From the NCBI RefSeq assembly GCF_001194135.2, contig NC_069004.1:32237572-32283193 (forward strand): a DNA stretch of 45,622 bases, read 5' to 3'. The DNA comes from Octopus bimaculoides. Its lineage: Eukaryota. The position numbers were made by a program, and so were the translations under genes. The notes below the pieces were generated by a model. The model did no database searches, had not been told where the DNA came from, and was given only the letters and a program-made list of their open reading frames with translations. How positions within the stretch are numbered: position 1 is the first letter of the stretch; each line of letters begins with the position of its first letter. Below are positions 20,501 through 31,553 of this stretch, piece after piece.

Positions 20501-21803
20501 CAGCATTAAATTGCAGTGTAACAGACACAAATACACACACACACACATATATATATATATAAGACGGGCTTCTTTAAGTTTCCATCTACCAAATCCACTG
20601 ACAAGGCTATAGCAGAAGAAACTTGCCCAAGGTGCCATATAGTGGAACCAGACCCAGAACCATGTGGTTGGGAAGCGAGCTTCTTACCACTCCTGCACCT
20701 ATATATATATATATTAGAAACTCTGCCAAATCAGATTGGAGCCTAGTGTAGCCATCTGGTTTCACCAGTCCTCCGTCAAATCGTCCAACCCATGCTAACA
20801 TGGAAAGTGGACGTTAAACAACGAACGAACAAATATATATGAATGTGAGCCATCATGTCAAAGAATAGCCACACTGTTTCCTCTGTATATCATAAAAGGC
20901 AACCAAAAGAGGNNNNNNNNNNNNNNNNNNNNNNNNNNNNNNNNNNNNNNNNNNNNNNNNNNNNNNNNNNNNNNNNNNNNNNNNNNNNNNNNNNNNNNNN
21001 NNNNNNNNNNNNNNNNNNNNNNNNNNNNNNNNNNNNNNNNNNNNNNNNNNNNNNNNNNNNNNNNNNNNNNNNNNNNNNNNNNNNNNNNNNNNNNNNNNNN
21101 NNNNNNNNNNNNNNNNNNNNNNNNNNNNNNNNNNNNNNNNNNNNNNNNNNNNNNNNNNNNNNNNNNNNNNNNNNNNNNNNNNNNNNNNNNNNNNNNNNNN
21201 NNNNNNNNNNNNNNNNNNNNNNNNNNNNNNNNNNNNNNNNNNNNNNNNNNNNNNNNNNNNNNNNNNNNNNNNNNNNNNNNNNNNNNNNNNNNNNNNNNNN
21301 NNNNNNNNNNNNNNNNNNNNNNNNNNNNNNNNNNNNNNNNNNNNNNNNNNNNNNNNNNNNNNNNNNNNNNNNNNNNNNNNNNNNNNNNNNNNNNNNNNNN
21401 NNNNNNNNNNNNNNNNNNNNNNNNNNNNNNNNNNNNNNNNNNNNNNNNNNNNNNNNNNNNNNNNNNNNNNNNNNNNNNNNNNNNNNNNNNNNNNNNNNNN
21501 NNNNNNNNNNNNNNNNNNNNNNNNNNNNNNNNNNNNNNNNNNNNNNNNNNNNNNNNNNNNNNNNNNNNNNNNNNNNNNNNNNNNNNNNNNNNNNNNNNNN
21601 NNNNNNNNNNNNNNNNNNNNNNNNNNNNNNNNNNNNNNNNNNNNNNNNNNNNNNNNNNNNNNNNNNNNNNNNNNNNNNNNNNNNNNNNNNNNNNNNNNNN
21701 NNNNNNNNNNNNNNNNNNNNNNNNNNNNNNNNNNNNNNNNNNNNNNNNNATATATATATATATATAGATATATATATATATATAGATATATATATATATA
21801 TAG

Positions 21804-21845
<42 letters not shown>

Positions 21846-22483
21846 TTTGGATAGCTCCATGTCAAAGCGTCTAACTCATACCAACATGGAAAGTGGACGT
21901 TAAACGACGACACACAAACACATATCATGACCAGAAATGTGCAATTTACAGAATCTTAATTATACCAAGGGCAACAACTCGTATTGACCTTAATCTATAA
22001 CAAGGAAGGCAATCCGATCACTCGTCTTTGTCTTTCGACTGCGGCCATGCTGGAACTCCATCTGAAAAGGTTTAGTGGAAGAAATCGATCCCAGGACTTA
22101 TCTTTTAAAGTCTGATATTTATTCTATAACATTCTTTTGCTTGAACCACTAAAGAGACGTAAATAAACTGACATCAGCTGTCAAACAAAATCAACACATA
22201 TATACATAAATAAATACGGCAGGCTTCTACACAGTTTCCATCAACCAAATTGATAAGGCATTGGTTGGCTCAGGGCTGCGGTGAACGATACTTACTCAAG
22301 GTGCCACTGAACTCAAAATCACATAGTTGAAAAGTGAACATCCATACCTACACCTGTAATCAACAAAGATACCAAGTAACCTGGATGTTGTGGTTGAGAT
22401 GACCCAGGTAGGAGTCTAGTCTTGGGCAGTCATTTGAGGTTCTGATGCTAGTATGTTCCAGCATGGCCACAACATATCTAAAT

Positions 22484-22675
22484 CAGTGGTTCTCACCCTT
22501 TTTAATATCTGGGCCAGCTCCAAAACCCGAAGTTTTTTAGGGGCCACACCAAAATAAGTAAAACAGAAGTCAATGAAAGAAAAACTTATATTTATAGCAA
22601 GAAGACTGTCAAGGGGTGTTGGAAAGATGCTTGAGGGCCACACACAGCCCTGGGAACTCCAGATGAGAAATGCTC
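22484..22675 (+). mobile_element. hAT-like MITE remnant; similar starts at about 11789 and 18352
   Basis: Start CAGTGGTTCTCA(A/C)CC, typical of hAT/Charlie TIRs. Right ends are degenerate and no TSD was confirmed. Confidence 0.4.
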
Positions 22676-23037
22676 ATCCACAGCCAGTATAAGATTTCAG
22701 GCTGCTTTTGCCCAAAAATAATAAAACATTTCTTTTGTGTTTTCTTCAAGTATGGCTGTGTGGTAAGAAGCTTGCTTCCCAATCACATGGTTCCAGGTTC
22801 AGTCTCACTGTGTTTTCTACTATTGCCTCAGGAACATCAGCTGCTATCTAGCTTTTGCTCAGTGCATGTCCCTGCTTGAATTCACCATGCCATCGCTTGA
22901 ATTTTCTATGGGAAAAAACAGTTTCAGTTTAAGAACATTTTAGGTGATGAATAACCCCCAGGAATGAGTTAAATCTGTAAACCGATCCACAGCATATATA
23001 CATATGTGTGTATATATATATATGCATGTCATCATCA

Positions 23038-23740
23038 TGTGGATATCAAGCTTGACAAACTGGTTGGAAGAAAGATGCATTAAACACCAGGAAGTGGAAC
23101 TGTTACACACAAGAAAGAACAGAGAACTGTGACAGGACATGATCACCCATGTCTTGCATTCTGAGGATATTGAGGATAGCATGGACAAAGTGTCCAGTGA
23201 AAAAGTAATGACCCCTGGCTGCAGTAAATAGGAAACTGCTTTGTGAGGTGAGGGCCAAGCAACTGAGAATTTTTGGTCATGTGATGAGGAAATTTAGTGG
23301 GGAATTTAGTGAGAATGGAAAGACTGATGGAGACAGAAGCAGAAGAAGGAAAGGGATGATATGGATGTCAAGCTTGATGAACCAGAGGCATTAAACATCA
23401 GGAATTGTGGCCGGACATGATTGCCTATGTCCTGCATTTTGAGGATAGAATGGACAGATAAAGGGTCTAATGAAAAAATAATGACCCCAGGCTGCAGTAA
23501 ATAGGAAACTGCTTTGTGAGATAAGGGCCAAGCAACAGAGATTTCTTGACCATGTGAGGAGGAAAGAGGGCCTGGGGAATTTGGCAATGGCTGTAGGGAT
23601 AAAAGGGGACAGGAGCAGAGAAGGAGAGTTTGATTAATTGGTTGGAAGAAAAAAGGCATTAAACATCAGGAAATGGAATTGTTGCAGAAAGACATGATTG
23701 CTTATGTCCTGTGTTCTGGTCTTGGCACCTAAAGAAAGAA
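23038..23740 (+). mobile_element. Head-to-tail array of about 2.5 decayed 3-prime ends of an RTE-type LINE (period about 278 bp)
   Basis: Units translate as ILRIAW...NRKLLCEVRAKQLRIFGHVMR...DMIAYVL. Junctions at about 23157 and 23435. Only the last unit has the ...GT-stop and an AAAG/A tail. Confidence 0.8.
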
Positions 23741-23968
23741 AAAAAATTCTAAGACACACGATGCGTGATTAAAAAACAAATTGGATGGATCTGGCTGAAC
23801 CACTTTGATCAGATTTGACCTGGGGTTAAACAAGAACAACAATAACAAAAGTAAAAAAAATAAACATACAAACACACCAGCAAATTAATATATTCTGCAA
23901 TATTCTTTACAAAATAAATATCGAAGATTTGTTTGTTTGTTTGTAATTGTTATTGTCTGTATATTTTG

Positions 23969-23974
23969 TTTATT
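23969..23974 (-). terminator. Candidate TAF5L polyadenylation signal
   Basis: AATAAA on the minus strand (a second copy at 24001-24006), followed by a U/GU-rich tract at about 23830-23940. Confidence 0.35.
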
Positions 23975-24219
23975 TTGTTTGTTTTGGAGTTTTTTTGATT
24001 TTTATTTTCTGATTTCATTTTTTTAAATTCTTTTTTTTTTGTTTTTACTTCAAAGGACAGGGAGGAGTAGTTTGAGGAATGAAGTGTGTAAAAGGTGGAA
24101 GGAGGAAGGGTGTGAGAAGTATGAGAGAGTCTGATGAGTTTGGCGGCGGTAGTGGTGGTGGTGGCAGCGGTCGGTCACTTTGGAACATAGGAGGAACATG
24201 AATGTAGATGGGCGTTAGT

Positions 24220-24460
24220 TTAGATGTGTNNNNNNNNNNNNNNNNNNNNNNNNNNNNNNNNNNNNNNNNNNNNNNNNNNNNNNNNNNNNNNNNNNNNNNN
24301 NNNNNNNNNNNNNNNNNNNNNNNNNNNNNNNNNNNNNNNNNNNNNNNNNNNNNNNNNNNNNNNNNNNNNNNNNNNNNNNNNNNNNNNNNNNNNNNNNNNN
24401 NNNNNNNNNNNNNNNNNNNNNNNNNNNNNNNNNNNNNNNNNNNNNNNNNNNNNNTCGAGG
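24220..24460 (-). CDS. TAF5L: TAF5L terminal coding exon 15, mostly hidden in the N-gap 24230-24454; stop position uncertain
   Basis: Strong acceptor TTTTTTTCTGTTTTTGTCATCTACAG|CCTCGA just right of the gap, in the required phase 2. Exons 1-14 total 1697 nt (about 566 codons), so a few tens of codons are still expected. Confidence 0.6.
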
Positions 24461-25109
24461 CTGTAGATGACAAAAACAGAAAAAAACAAAAGGGATAATA
24501 ATAATAATAATCCTTTCTATTATAGGCACAAAGCCTGAAATTTGGGGGAGAGGGATTGTCGATCACATCGATCCCAGTACTAAACTGGTCCTTAATTTAT
24601 TGACCCTGTAAAGGATGAAAGGCAAAGTTGACCTTGGTGGAATTTGAACTCAGAACGTAGCAACAACAATAATAATAATCATTATCATTTAACGTCTGCT
24701 TTCCATGCTAGCATGGGTTGGACGATTTGACTGGGGACTGGCGAACCGGATGGCTACACCAGGCTCCAATCAAATCTGGCAGTGTTTCTACAGCTGGATG
24801 CCCTTCCTAACGCCAACCACTCCAAGAGTGTAGTGGGCGCTCTTTATGTGCCATCGGCATGAGGGCCAGTCAGGCGGTACTGGCAATGGCCACGCTCAAA
24901 TGGTGTTTTTTACGTGGTTTGAGCGTAATAATAATAATAAGAGCACTTAGAGAGTGCAAACCTCTGCTAAGGCAACACCAACACCAACATCCTCTCAACG
25001 ATTAACTGGAGATGTTTTTTAAAATGAGAATATCTGAAATAAACTCGACTGCTCTCACAAATGAGAATACTAAAAATGAACCTGACCGCTCTCAAAAATT
25101 AAGTAAAAG

Positions 25110-25577
25110 AATGAACAATGACATCATTGAAATCAGGAAGCTTTGAGATAATCTATAATTAATTCGAAACACTATGAATAAATAAGGANNNNNNNNNNCC
25201 TGTTTTATGTACAAACCAGAGAGATCTGGCCTCTTACACTTATCCTACAATGTCATTTAAAAAATAAACATTGAAATCTGGAAGCTTTGAGATAATCTAT
25301 AATTAATTCGAAACACTATGAATAAATAAGGATTACATTTGATAGAATAAAGTGAATGCTAAAAGGTTAAAAAAACCCAGCCACATTAGGTCTAAATATT
25401 TTCCCTGTTTTATGTACAAACCAGAGAGATCTGGCCTCTTACACTTATCCTACAATGTCATTTAAAAAATAAACATTGAAATCTGGAAGCTATGAATTAA
25501 TGTATGATTAATTCAAAATAATGAGAATAAACAAGGATTATATTTTGATAGGGTAATCCGAATGCTAAAAGGATTAA
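25110..25577 (+). mobile_element. Tandem copies of a second TTAA-type MITE family around a 10-N gap
   Basis: Units end AATGCTAAAAGG(A)TTAA at 25370 and 25577. Segments 25199-25286 and about 25403-25490 are essentially identical. Confidence 0.65.
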
Positions 25578-25676
25578 TTATCCATGAAAAGCTCATGATC
25601 TCATTCACCAATAAACTGTTTTTAGCTCCTGTAATTAATCCTTTAAAGCAGGTGTTGAGCAAGGTATTCTACTCAC

Positions 25677-25740
25677 CTGGCATTGCTGAAGTCACCTTCT
25701 TTGCGGACATCCCATATACGTATTGAGGAATCAAGACCAC
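25677..25740 (-). CDS. TAF5L: TAF5L coding exon 14 (GGLDSSIRIWDVRKEGDFSNA)
   Basis: WD40 end DSSIRIWD. 64 nt, phase 1 to 2, poly-T acceptor, donor GTGAGT. Confidence 0.93.
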
Positions 25741-26912
25741 CTAAAAAAAAAACGAAAAAAAAACACATGGAGAATATACCTTCAACATGGTTTTAATTGT
25801 GTGTGTGTGCTTGTTTTATGGGTTTGCAAGAGGAGGAGGGACAGTGCCCAGCCTCGTCATTATTAACCTGGTGTTTGAAACATAAATTAACATGAAATTT
25901 TGATGGAAAATCCTAATTTAGATCATTTTAACCCTTTTGTTTGCATATTTCTGTTGGAATACACTGCTTCTGTTTCAACAAATTTTGAAAATAATAAAGA
26001 GTTTAGTAAAATAACTTTGTCATCATTAAACTGGCGTTTGAAGCATAAATTACTATAAAATTTTGATGGAAGATTTTAATTTAGATCACTTTAAAACTGG
26101 AAGTTTATGCCATAGAACTCAGAATGGTCTTAGGCAGGTTGGTACCAAAAATGGTTAATTGAAGAATTTCAATTAATTGAATTCAGGGATGAAATGAAGA
26201 TATATTTCTGGGAATGTCCAGAGGGTTGTTTGGCTTGCTATAAACAGCAGCCAAATCTTGCTGGAATAATCAGCCTACCATTTTAAAGAATGAAGAACTT
26301 ATTATTAGACAATGAGTAAGTCATGCAAAGATGAGAGGGTCATGGCTAGAATGTCTTTGATCATAGATCTACTCAAGCACAACTGACCTGAGGCTCCATT
26401 GGATTGTATTATCTATGTTCAGTCGACTGCAGAACAAGGGCCTCAGCATGTTCTCTCCACCAACCACAGTCTGATGTGGAGGCCATGAATTTGAGCCTGA
26501 GATAATACTGGTTTGATGAGCCCACTCTGCCACGCTGGTTCGACATGGCTTGGCAGGGGGGATGCAGTTTTTTTATATTCTTACCCACGAGTAGTTAAGC
26601 TGATTACATCGACCCCAGTGCTCCACTGGTATTTATTTTATTGACCCCAAAAGGCAAAGTTGACCTCAGTGGAATTTGAATACAGAATATAAGGATGGAT
26701 AAAATACCACTAAGCATTTTACCTGGCGTGCTAACAATAGATTTTTGTGAAAGTATTTTAATTATGATAAAAACAAACAAAAAAATAAAATGAGGAAACT
26801 AAAAATTTTCTCATTTACAAAATTCTTTCAGGAAAAAATTAAAAAAGAAAATGAAATATCTAAGCAATTTTTCAAAAATTGCAAAAGCATTTAAAATTCC
26901 TCAAAGACTCAC

Positions 26913-27035
26913 CTGATGCTAACATAGAACCATCGCGACAAAAAGTCAAAGAATAGACCGTATCTACATGGCCACGGAACTCTTTGAACAAATTACCAGT
27001 GTTCAGATCCCAGATTCGGATTTTCTTGTCATCCC
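26913..27035 (-). CDS. TAF5L: TAF5L coding exon 13 (GDDKKIRIWDLNTGNLFKEFRGHVDTVYSLTFCRDGSMLAS)
   Basis: WD40 repeat. 123 nt, phase 1 to 1, donor GTGAGT. Confidence 0.96.
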
Positions 27036-27848
27036 CTACGGAAAAAGGTAAAAGAAAAACAAGAAAAAACAATAACAATGAAAATAACAAACTGTCTTTG
27101 AATTATTTTATCTCTTGTTGTTGTTGTTTTTGTTGTGTATAGATGCAGGGGTGGTCGTGTGGATACGAAGCTTGCTTTCCAACCAGATCATTTCAGGCTC
27201 AGTCCCATGCTGGGGCACTTTGGGCAAAGCATCTACTGCTACAGCCCCGTGCTATTCAAAGCCTTCTGAGTGGATCTGGTTGGTAGAGACTGAAAGAAGC
27301 CTCTCTCTGTGTGTGTGTGTGTGTGTATGTCTTCTTGGCCTGTCACCATGGTAACAGTTGTAAATGAGAACCACTGTCATCCTTAGCACTCTGTCGGTTA
27401 CGTTGACGAGGATTTCAGTTGATCCGATCAACAGAACAGCCTGCTCGTGAAATTAACATGCAAGGGGCTGAGCACTCCACAGACATATATGTACCCTTAA
27501 CATAGTTCTCGGGGAGGTTCAGTGTGAGACAAAATGTGACAATGATGACCCCTTAAATTACAGGTACAACTCATTTTTGCCAGTTGAATAGACTGGAGCA
27601 ACATGAAATAAAGCGTCTTGCTCAAGGACACAACACACTGCCAGGAATTGAACTCACGATCTTATGATCCTTAGCCGAATACCCTAACCACTAAGCCACG
27701 TGCCTTCACTGCCATAGAAGCAGTGTCATAATAGGGTTAACAGTTTTCAGCCCTCAGTCAAACCGTCCAACCCATACCAGCATGGAAAGCGGATGTTAAA
27801 CGATGATGATGATGATGATGCACACATAGAAGAGAAAAGAAGAATTAC

Positions 27849-28017
27849 CAGAGGTGGCCAAATATTGCCCGTTAGGAGAAAATGCCATGGCAAGTACCGT
27901 TCCTCGATGACCCTGCATTAGTCGGACACACTTGCCGTCATTGATACTCCAGAGTCGGACACTCCTATCACTTGAACCAGTAGCTACGTACATACCATTC
28001 GGATGAAACTTTACTCG
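27849..28017 (-). CDS. TAF5L: TAF5L coding exon 12 (RVKFHPNGMYVATGSSDRSVRLW...FSPNGQYLATS)
   Basis: Conserved VKFHPN...ATGS-D...VRLW...GHRG...FSPNG. 169 nt, phase 0 to 1. Confidence 0.97.
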
Positions 28018-28550
28018 CTGAAAGAAACGGAGAAAAGGCAAAAAAATTGAATTAAAAATAACTTATTCAATTTATGACACAGGATCAGCAAATTTAGAAG
28101 GAGGATGTGAAGTTAATTACATGGATCCAAATACATTTATGTCAAAATAAATGACAGGTTGGTCCTGCCTGGAACAAAGGTCAGTGATCACACATCAGGC
28201 CCAAGTCCACCTATTCAAAAAAACACTATGACAAAGGCATTTCATTAATGTAGTAATCATAAAATACTGGACTAATACAATGGCTGTGAGGTTGAGGTGA
28301 TAGATTATTAAGTACGTGGTCAAGAGTTCAAACCTCACCACTACCAGTACTGCGTTTTATCGTTAAATAAGACCCATAAGCCTGTTTGCTTTACAGACAT
28401 GAAACAAGTTCTATGCCTTTCCTTCATCACAAACTCACTGATTAACAGTAACCAATATTGAAACGCCACAAATCAGGCTTCGATTAACAATATAATAACC
28501 TTCAAGCAATAATGAAAAAAGCATGGAAAGAAAATTTTCTGAGAGCTTAC

Positions 28551-28662
28551 GCTGACGTCCAATGTGTGTCCGGCAAAGGTACGCACAGGGAAGATTCGAT
28601 CCGTTGACCACAGTTTGGCAGTGCGATCACATGAACCACTTACAAACATACTGCTCACTCGA
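28551..28662 (-). CDS. TAF5L: TAF5L coding exon 11 (RVSSMFVSGSCDRTAKLWSTDRIFPVRTFAGHTLDVS)
   Basis: WD40 motif SGSxDRTAxLW. 112 nt, phase 2 to 0, donor GTAAGC. Confidence 0.95.
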
Positions 28663-28873
28663 CTGAAATGACAAGAGATTTAACGAAGAAATTAGCAGAG
28701 TTTATTTTGCAACAAACTGGTTCTTCCTTAGGTATAACCACAGAAAGACATCAATACATAAGCCACAAGCCCCACTATTCCCATAATTATTGTGACCCCT
28801 ACACTCATCCCCATCACCATCACCCACCTATTTACCCCATTCGGACAAAAACCCCTTATGAGCAAACACTCAC

Positions 28874-28955
28874 CATACATCAATGTCCCAGACAGGATAA
28901 TTATGACCAGCATAACGAACGGTGTTACAGCAGTTTTCTAGGTTCCATAAACGAA
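28874..28955 (-). CDS. TAF5L: TAF5L coding exon 10 (VRLWNLENCCNTVRYAGHNYPVWDIDV)
   Basis: TAF5-family motif GHxYPVWD. 82 nt, phase 1 to 2. Not shown in the ORF track. Confidence 0.95.
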
Positions 28956-29033
28956 CTGAAATGTAGAATCATTAAAATGTTAGTGTCAAAATAACCATAG
29001 ACAAAACAGTTGTATGTACATATATATGTGTGA

Positions 29034-29073
<40 letters not shown>

Positions 29074-29384
29074 NNNNNNNNNNNNNNNNNNNNNNNNNNN
29101 NNNNNNNNNNNNNNNNNNNNNNNNNNNNNNNNNNNNNNNNNNNNNNNNNNNNNNNNNNNNNNNNNNNNNNNNNNNNNNNNNNNNNNNNNNNNNNNNNNNN
29201 NNNNNNNNNNNNNNNNNNNNNNNNNNNNNNNNNNNNNNNNNNNNNNNNNNNNNNNNNNNNNNNNNNNNNNNNNNNNNNNNNNNNNNNNNNNNNNNNNNNN
29301 NNNNNNNNNNNNNNNNNNNNNNNNNNNNNNNNNNNNNNNNNNNNNNNNNNNNNNNNNNNNNNNNNNNNNNNNNNNNNNNNNNNN

Positions 29385-29427
<43 letters not shown>

Positions 29428-29653
29428 GTATATATATATTGTTGGATTTTTAAGGTGTGATCTAAAATAAAGATGATTTTCTTCGTACATATAATTGGTT
29501 GTTATATATACACGTATATAATATATATACACATGTATACAATATATACACACACATATTTATATTTCTTTTTTTTGTTGTTTTATTTTTTTAATGTTTT
29601 TCTTCCATTGTTCGAATCAATGGACTTTGATCGTGCTGGGGCATTATTCTTAC

Positions 29654-29772
29654 CTGTTGTATCTTTAGAACAGGAGAGTAGGTAGACGGGGTCTGGGTCT
29701 GGTAGAAAACACATATTATAGATACTCCCAGAATGACCTCGAAGAACAACACATTGGTCTGGTGCTGCTGAC
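29654..29772 (-). CDS. TAF5L: TAF5L coding exon 9 (SAAPDQCVVLRGHSGSIYNMCFLPDPDPVYLLSCSKDTT)
   Basis: WD40 motif LRGH...LLSCS-D. 119 nt, phase 2 to 1. Confidence 0.95.
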
Positions 29773-30410
29773 CTTTGGAGAGAATGAAAGAAAAAGAATA
29801 AAGAAACAATTCTAATGATAGAAATCAAGACAAGTTTTATTGTTTGGAAAACATTCCACAAAATGTTTGAGATGTTTAACCGACATCCATGGTACTATCA
29901 GTAGTTTTAATCAACTTTACGTGGTACATCAACATACAATGGTACTGTTACATCCTCAATTTGCACTAGTATCTCAATTTCCACTAGTCCGGTACCTCAA
30001 CTTGCAATGGTACCTCTTTTTCTACTAATCCATTAGTCTTGTGAAGGATGAAAGACAAAGCTGATCATGGCAGTACTGAAACTTTGAATGTAAAAACCCA
30101 TAAATAAATGCCACAAGGGGGACGTAAACACACCAACATTGGTTGTCAAGCAATGGTGGGGGAACAAACATAGACACACACAAACACACACACATCATGA
30201 TGACTGTATACATAGTTATTTATGTTTATTGGAAAAAACTGATGTAGCCAGCATCAATAAGAAAGTAGTCAAACCACAAACAATACAGACGGAATATTAT
30301 GATAATGATGATGAGGGTGGCAGTGAAAGGTAAGCACGTAAGCACTGCCACCACCACCATTATTCAGCTGGTTTATTAAAATAAAAGGGAGATAAGCCAA
30401 AGCGACTCAC

Positions 30411-30608
30411 CAGTCATCGTAATGGTTATTGACGTTGTCTCTATCCTTGTAAATAAGGGAATCGGCAGAGAGTGTGATTCGCGAAGGGTTCATCTTTGAA
30501 GGTGGGGTCCTTACTATGGAACCTCCAAGGGTCCAGAGCCGAATGGATGAGTCCTCAAAACCTCCCGCCACATACTTCCGGTCGTCTGAGACAGATGCAC
30601 AGGAGAGA
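30411..30608 (-). CDS. TAF5L: TAF5L coding exon 8 (LSCASVSDDRKYVAGGFEDSSIRLWTL...), first WD40 repeat
   Basis: WD40 motif AGGFEDSSIRLW. 198 nt, phase 2 to 2, donor GTGAGT. Confidence 0.95.
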
Positions 30609-31096
30609 CTGGAAGGGAGACACAGCGCGAGAGAGAGGTGAGAGAGAAAGAGAGCGAGGTAAGACAGAGGAGGAAAGAGACAAAAAGAGAGAAAGAAAGA
30701 CAGGAAGAGAGAGAAAGAGAATGCAGTAAGAGGATTTATGTGTGTATGTGTATATGAGTATAGGGTGTGTGTGTTTGTGTGCATACATGTGTATGTATCA
30801 GTGTGTATGCATGTGTGAGTGCGTATATCAATGTCTAAGTTGTAAGTGTATCTGTATGTGTGTGTGTGTGTGCGCATGTGTATGTGATTGCATATTTCTG
30901 TGTATATGTGTGATTGCAGATCTGTGTGTGTGTGTGTGTGTAACCGTGTATTTCTGTATGTATGTTAGTAAGATTACGTATGCATGTTTATCTGTGAGTG
31001 TGTATATCTATATATGTTGTGTGTGTGTAGTTGCATGAGCATGAGAATCTATGAGTAAAGTCTGATGAGTGGTGTGGTGTGAGAGTGAATGAAGTT

Positions 31097-31290
31097 TAGA
31101 GTGCAAGTGTTTACTTGCATGTGAGTGCAAGTTTTTTTACTTGAGTGTAGTGCAAGTTTTTTGAGTGTGAATGCAAGTGTTTACTTGAGTGCGAGCATAA
31201 GTTTACATGAGTGTGAGTGCACGTTTTTTAATTGAGTGTGAGTGCAAGTTTGTGAGGGCGAGTGATTACTTGAGTGTGAGTGAAAGTGAG
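31097..31290. repeat. Minisatellite with a 20-24 bp unit (GAGTGTGAGTGCAAGTTT..ACTT) in TAF5L intron 7
   Basis: About 8 degenerate tandem units directly after the exon 7 donor. Confidence 0.7.
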
Positions 31291-31318
31291 CCATGTATGA
31301 CCATGCAGAGTGGGTTAC

Positions 31319-31553
31319 CTGTGATGAGCTGTTGCAATCGCTAGAAAACATATGGAAGGCAGGCATGGCGGTAAGACTTGTAAGCTCTTTATACACTCCA
31401 GTAGCATCTCTTTAGTGACTTGGTCAGTGGCTGGATTCTTGTCCGCATTAGCACTGGTCAATGCCGGCAGGTGAGGGTCAGCTGACTTGCAGTTGACCTC
31501 TGACTGCAGATTTTGTGGCTTGCATTCAAACACTGGACATTTATCGGTTTTCA
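31319..31553 (-). CDS. TAF5L: TAF5L coding exon 7 (VKTDKCP...LLECIKSLQVLPPCLPSICFLAIATAHH)
   Basis: Similar to human LQESIKRVKDGPPSLTTICFYAF. 235 nt, phase 1 to 2. Confidence 0.9.

Noticed and set aside
22980-23740. Regularly spaced repeats considered as a CRISPR-like array (also 19529-19700, 31097-31290)
   Set aside because: Eukaryotic context with no unique spacers or cas genes. They are explained as LINE, SINE and minisatellite duplications.
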